From positions 1 through 27,435 of the forward strand of contig JBJMMA010000165.1 of NCBI GenBank assembly GCA_045805065.1: a DNA stretch of 27,435 nt. The letters are read 5' to 3'. Source of the DNA: Bdellovibrionia bacterium. Its GTDB lineage: Bacteria > Bdellovibrionota > UBA1018. The notes under the pieces are model-generated. The model saw only the letters and a program-made list of their open reading frames with translations, was not told the origin of the DNA and ran no database searches. The position numbers were made by a program, and so were the translations under genes. Shown one piece after another: positions 25,986-27,435 of the stretch (position 1 is its first letter; every line of letters begins with the position of its first letter).

Positions 25986-26001
25986 CGCAAGTTATGGACC
26001 A
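25986..26001 (-). promoter_or_regulatory. Putative sigma54 promoter (leaderless geometry)
   Basis: TGGTCC-ATAAC-TTGCG; GC ends 14 nt before ATG 25972. Confidence 0.6.
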
Positions 26002-26006
26002 TCAGT

Positions 26007-26501
26007 TCATGCTGTAAACGCGCTGGTAAAAGAATCGATCAGAGTCTTCAGAACAAGCAAAAGCTCTTGCTGCTCTTCCGGCTCAATTTCCAAACCGTCC
26101 TCATGAGCTTCAAGAACTAGCTCCACGGCGTAGCGCATGAGTTCAGGCTCAGGAAACTTGGAAAAATCAGACAGCTTTTTTTGCACAAGAATCGCCTCGC
26201 CCTCTTGCTGCTCAAGCCAGGCGGAGTTTTTTTCAAAACATTCGACCAGCGTTTCGGGCTTCACCGGTCCCATAGCCGGCCCACTGGCCTGAAAGGCTCG
26301 CCAGATCACAAGGGCCGCATGATACGCCAGATCCATCGCGTCGCTTCCCCATTGTGCTGCGGCCTCAGCGACAAAGTCAGCCACAACAGGCTCTGACTCT
26401 CCAAAGCGTTCCATCAAATCAGAAATGCTCTCAGGCAAAGAGCTCGCTTGAGAGACTTCATTCCAGGCACTTTCAATATGGGTATCAGTGACACGACTCA
26501 T
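26007..26501 (-). CDS. Acidic all-helical hypothetical protein
   Basis: ATGA coupling to the upstream stop at 26498; globular acidic sequence (PEPELMRYAVELV). Confidence 0.75.
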   Translation of the reverse strand: MSRVTDTHIESAWNEVSQASSLPESISDLMERFGESEPVVADFVAEAAAQWGSDAMDLAYHAALVIWRAFQASGPAMGPVKPETLVECFEKNSAWLEQQEGEAILVQKKLSDFSKFPEPELMRYAVELVLEAHEDGLEIEPEEQQELLLVLKTLIDSFTSAFTA

Positions 26502-27435
26502 GCAGCCATCGCTTCTACCAGCTTGTGGCCGCAATTTCCACAGAACCTCTGCTTATCCGCAACTTCGGAAAAGCAGGCAGGGCATGAAGCTTTGCCACCT
26601 TTGGCCTTGTCGGTCACAGGATCAACCAGGTCAACGACGCCTCGCTCGTTCCACTTGTCGATCTCGCGGAGAATCTTCCAGTTATTCAGCATAACGCTGA
26701 AGTCATGGCGATAAAAAGACAGAGCCCCCCCGGTACTACTGCTCTCACGCTTGATGAAAAGGCCTTTCTTCTCCAGTCGGTCAAACTGATCGGGAGCAAA
26801 TGAGCCACCAAACGAGGTTTTGATCTGCTCGAGCATTTCCTTGTAATTGACCTGCACCACTCCTGCGCGATTGACCTTCTCCTTCTCACTGAAAACGAGC
26901 AGGCAATTCACGAGCTGCAGGAGCTTGTCATCGACCTTGAAGAAATCCGGGTTACCACCCTTATAGTAATAATGCTGGTAGTACTCATAGAACTTCTCTA
27001 CCGTGGCAAGGTCAAAAAAATGCAGATATCCGTACTCCTGTGGTGCTTCGGGATCGCTGTCATTCTTCACGTACTCAAATTCGGCCATTTTCAGCTTCAC
27101 GAGAATATTGCATGCATTCTCAAGACGCACAGGGTTTTCCAGAAAGACACGTTGTGCATATTGGCGGAATGAGGACCAGGTGACGCTCACACGGTCTTCC
27201 TTCTCCATGCCGATATGCTTTGCGACATGATAGATGACGCCAAAGACCCTCGACACGCACTCAGGCGGGCAAGGCGAGCTGTCTTTTTCCATGCGCACCG
27301 ATTTGATCTCATTGGTGCTGTTTTTCTGTTTCTCGATCATGCTTTTGAGAATGAGCTGCATGATCTGGGAGCTGTTATCAAACTGATGTTTAAAAAGCTC
27401 GAGCGGGATCTCAAGCACCGAAGCGACGATCTTCA
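26498..27435 (-). CDS. Probable Crp/cNMP-binding-like protein with C-terminal zinc ribbon, 5' end outside the window
   Basis: The frame stays open to the window edge; VLEIPLELFK..plus long helix resembles the end of a cNMP domain; C-terminal CPAC-x10-CGNCG zinc ribbon. The cNMP domain itself is not visible. Confidence 0.55.
   Translation of the reverse strand, partial: KIVASVLEIPLELFKHQFDNSSQIMQLILKSMIEKQKNSTNEIKSVRMEKDSSPCPPECVSRVFGVIYHVAKHIGMEKEDRVSVTWSSFRQYAQRVFLENPVRLENACNILVKLKMAEFEYVKNDSDPEAPQEYGYLHFFDLATVEKFYEYYQHYYYKGGNPDFFKVDDKLLQLVNCLLVFSEKEKVNRAGVVQVNYKEMLEQIKTSFGGSFAPDQFDRLEKKGLFIKRESSSTGGALSFYRHDFSVMLNNWKILREIDKWNERGVVDLVDPVTDKAKGGKASCPACFSEVADKQRFCGNCGHKLVEAMAA

Noticed and set aside
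1..27435. tRNA, rRNA, CRISPR array, IS element
   Set aside because: No cloverleaf signatures, regularly spaced repeats or transposase found by eye.

Overview
A 27.4 kb stretch of ordinary bacterial chromosome of moderate GC. Gene content and protein style (DUF222-like HNH protein, VWA lipoprotein, RWWE-type PilZ membrane protein, RxPAS/LFxIVxxRY Gly-rich lipoprotein, stand-alone motAB) suggest Bdellovibrionota/Oligoflexia; this is an inference. About 31 CDS: ergothioneine genes egtB-egtD, a SAM methyltransferase, an AT-rich HNH endonuclease, an OmpA+VWA pair, motAB, two paralogous matrixin-like proteases, a Cys-repeat secreted protein, a HicB-like/HTH fusion with ssb, an azurin-fold protein lacking copper ligands, SDR, Hpt, a YqjE/YqjD-like pair, PilZ, MBL hydrolase, response regulator, chalcone-isomerase-like protein, S41 protease, HAD hydrolase, several secreted hypotheticals and a Crp-like zinc-ribbon protein. 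No tRNA, rRNA, CRISPR array, integrase or transposase was seen. The main unexplained pattern is regulatory. Five genes without a good Shine-Dalgarno carry a sigma54-type GG-N10-GC element ending 13-14 nt before the ATG, which predicts a sigma54-driven, nearly leaderless regulon of small basic, disordered or membrane proteins. Secondary signals are shared structured leaders with CsrA-like ANGGA loops on the two protease paralogs, a copper-less azurin, and an inverted repeat bracketing the HNH gene. All calls were made by eye with no database searches.
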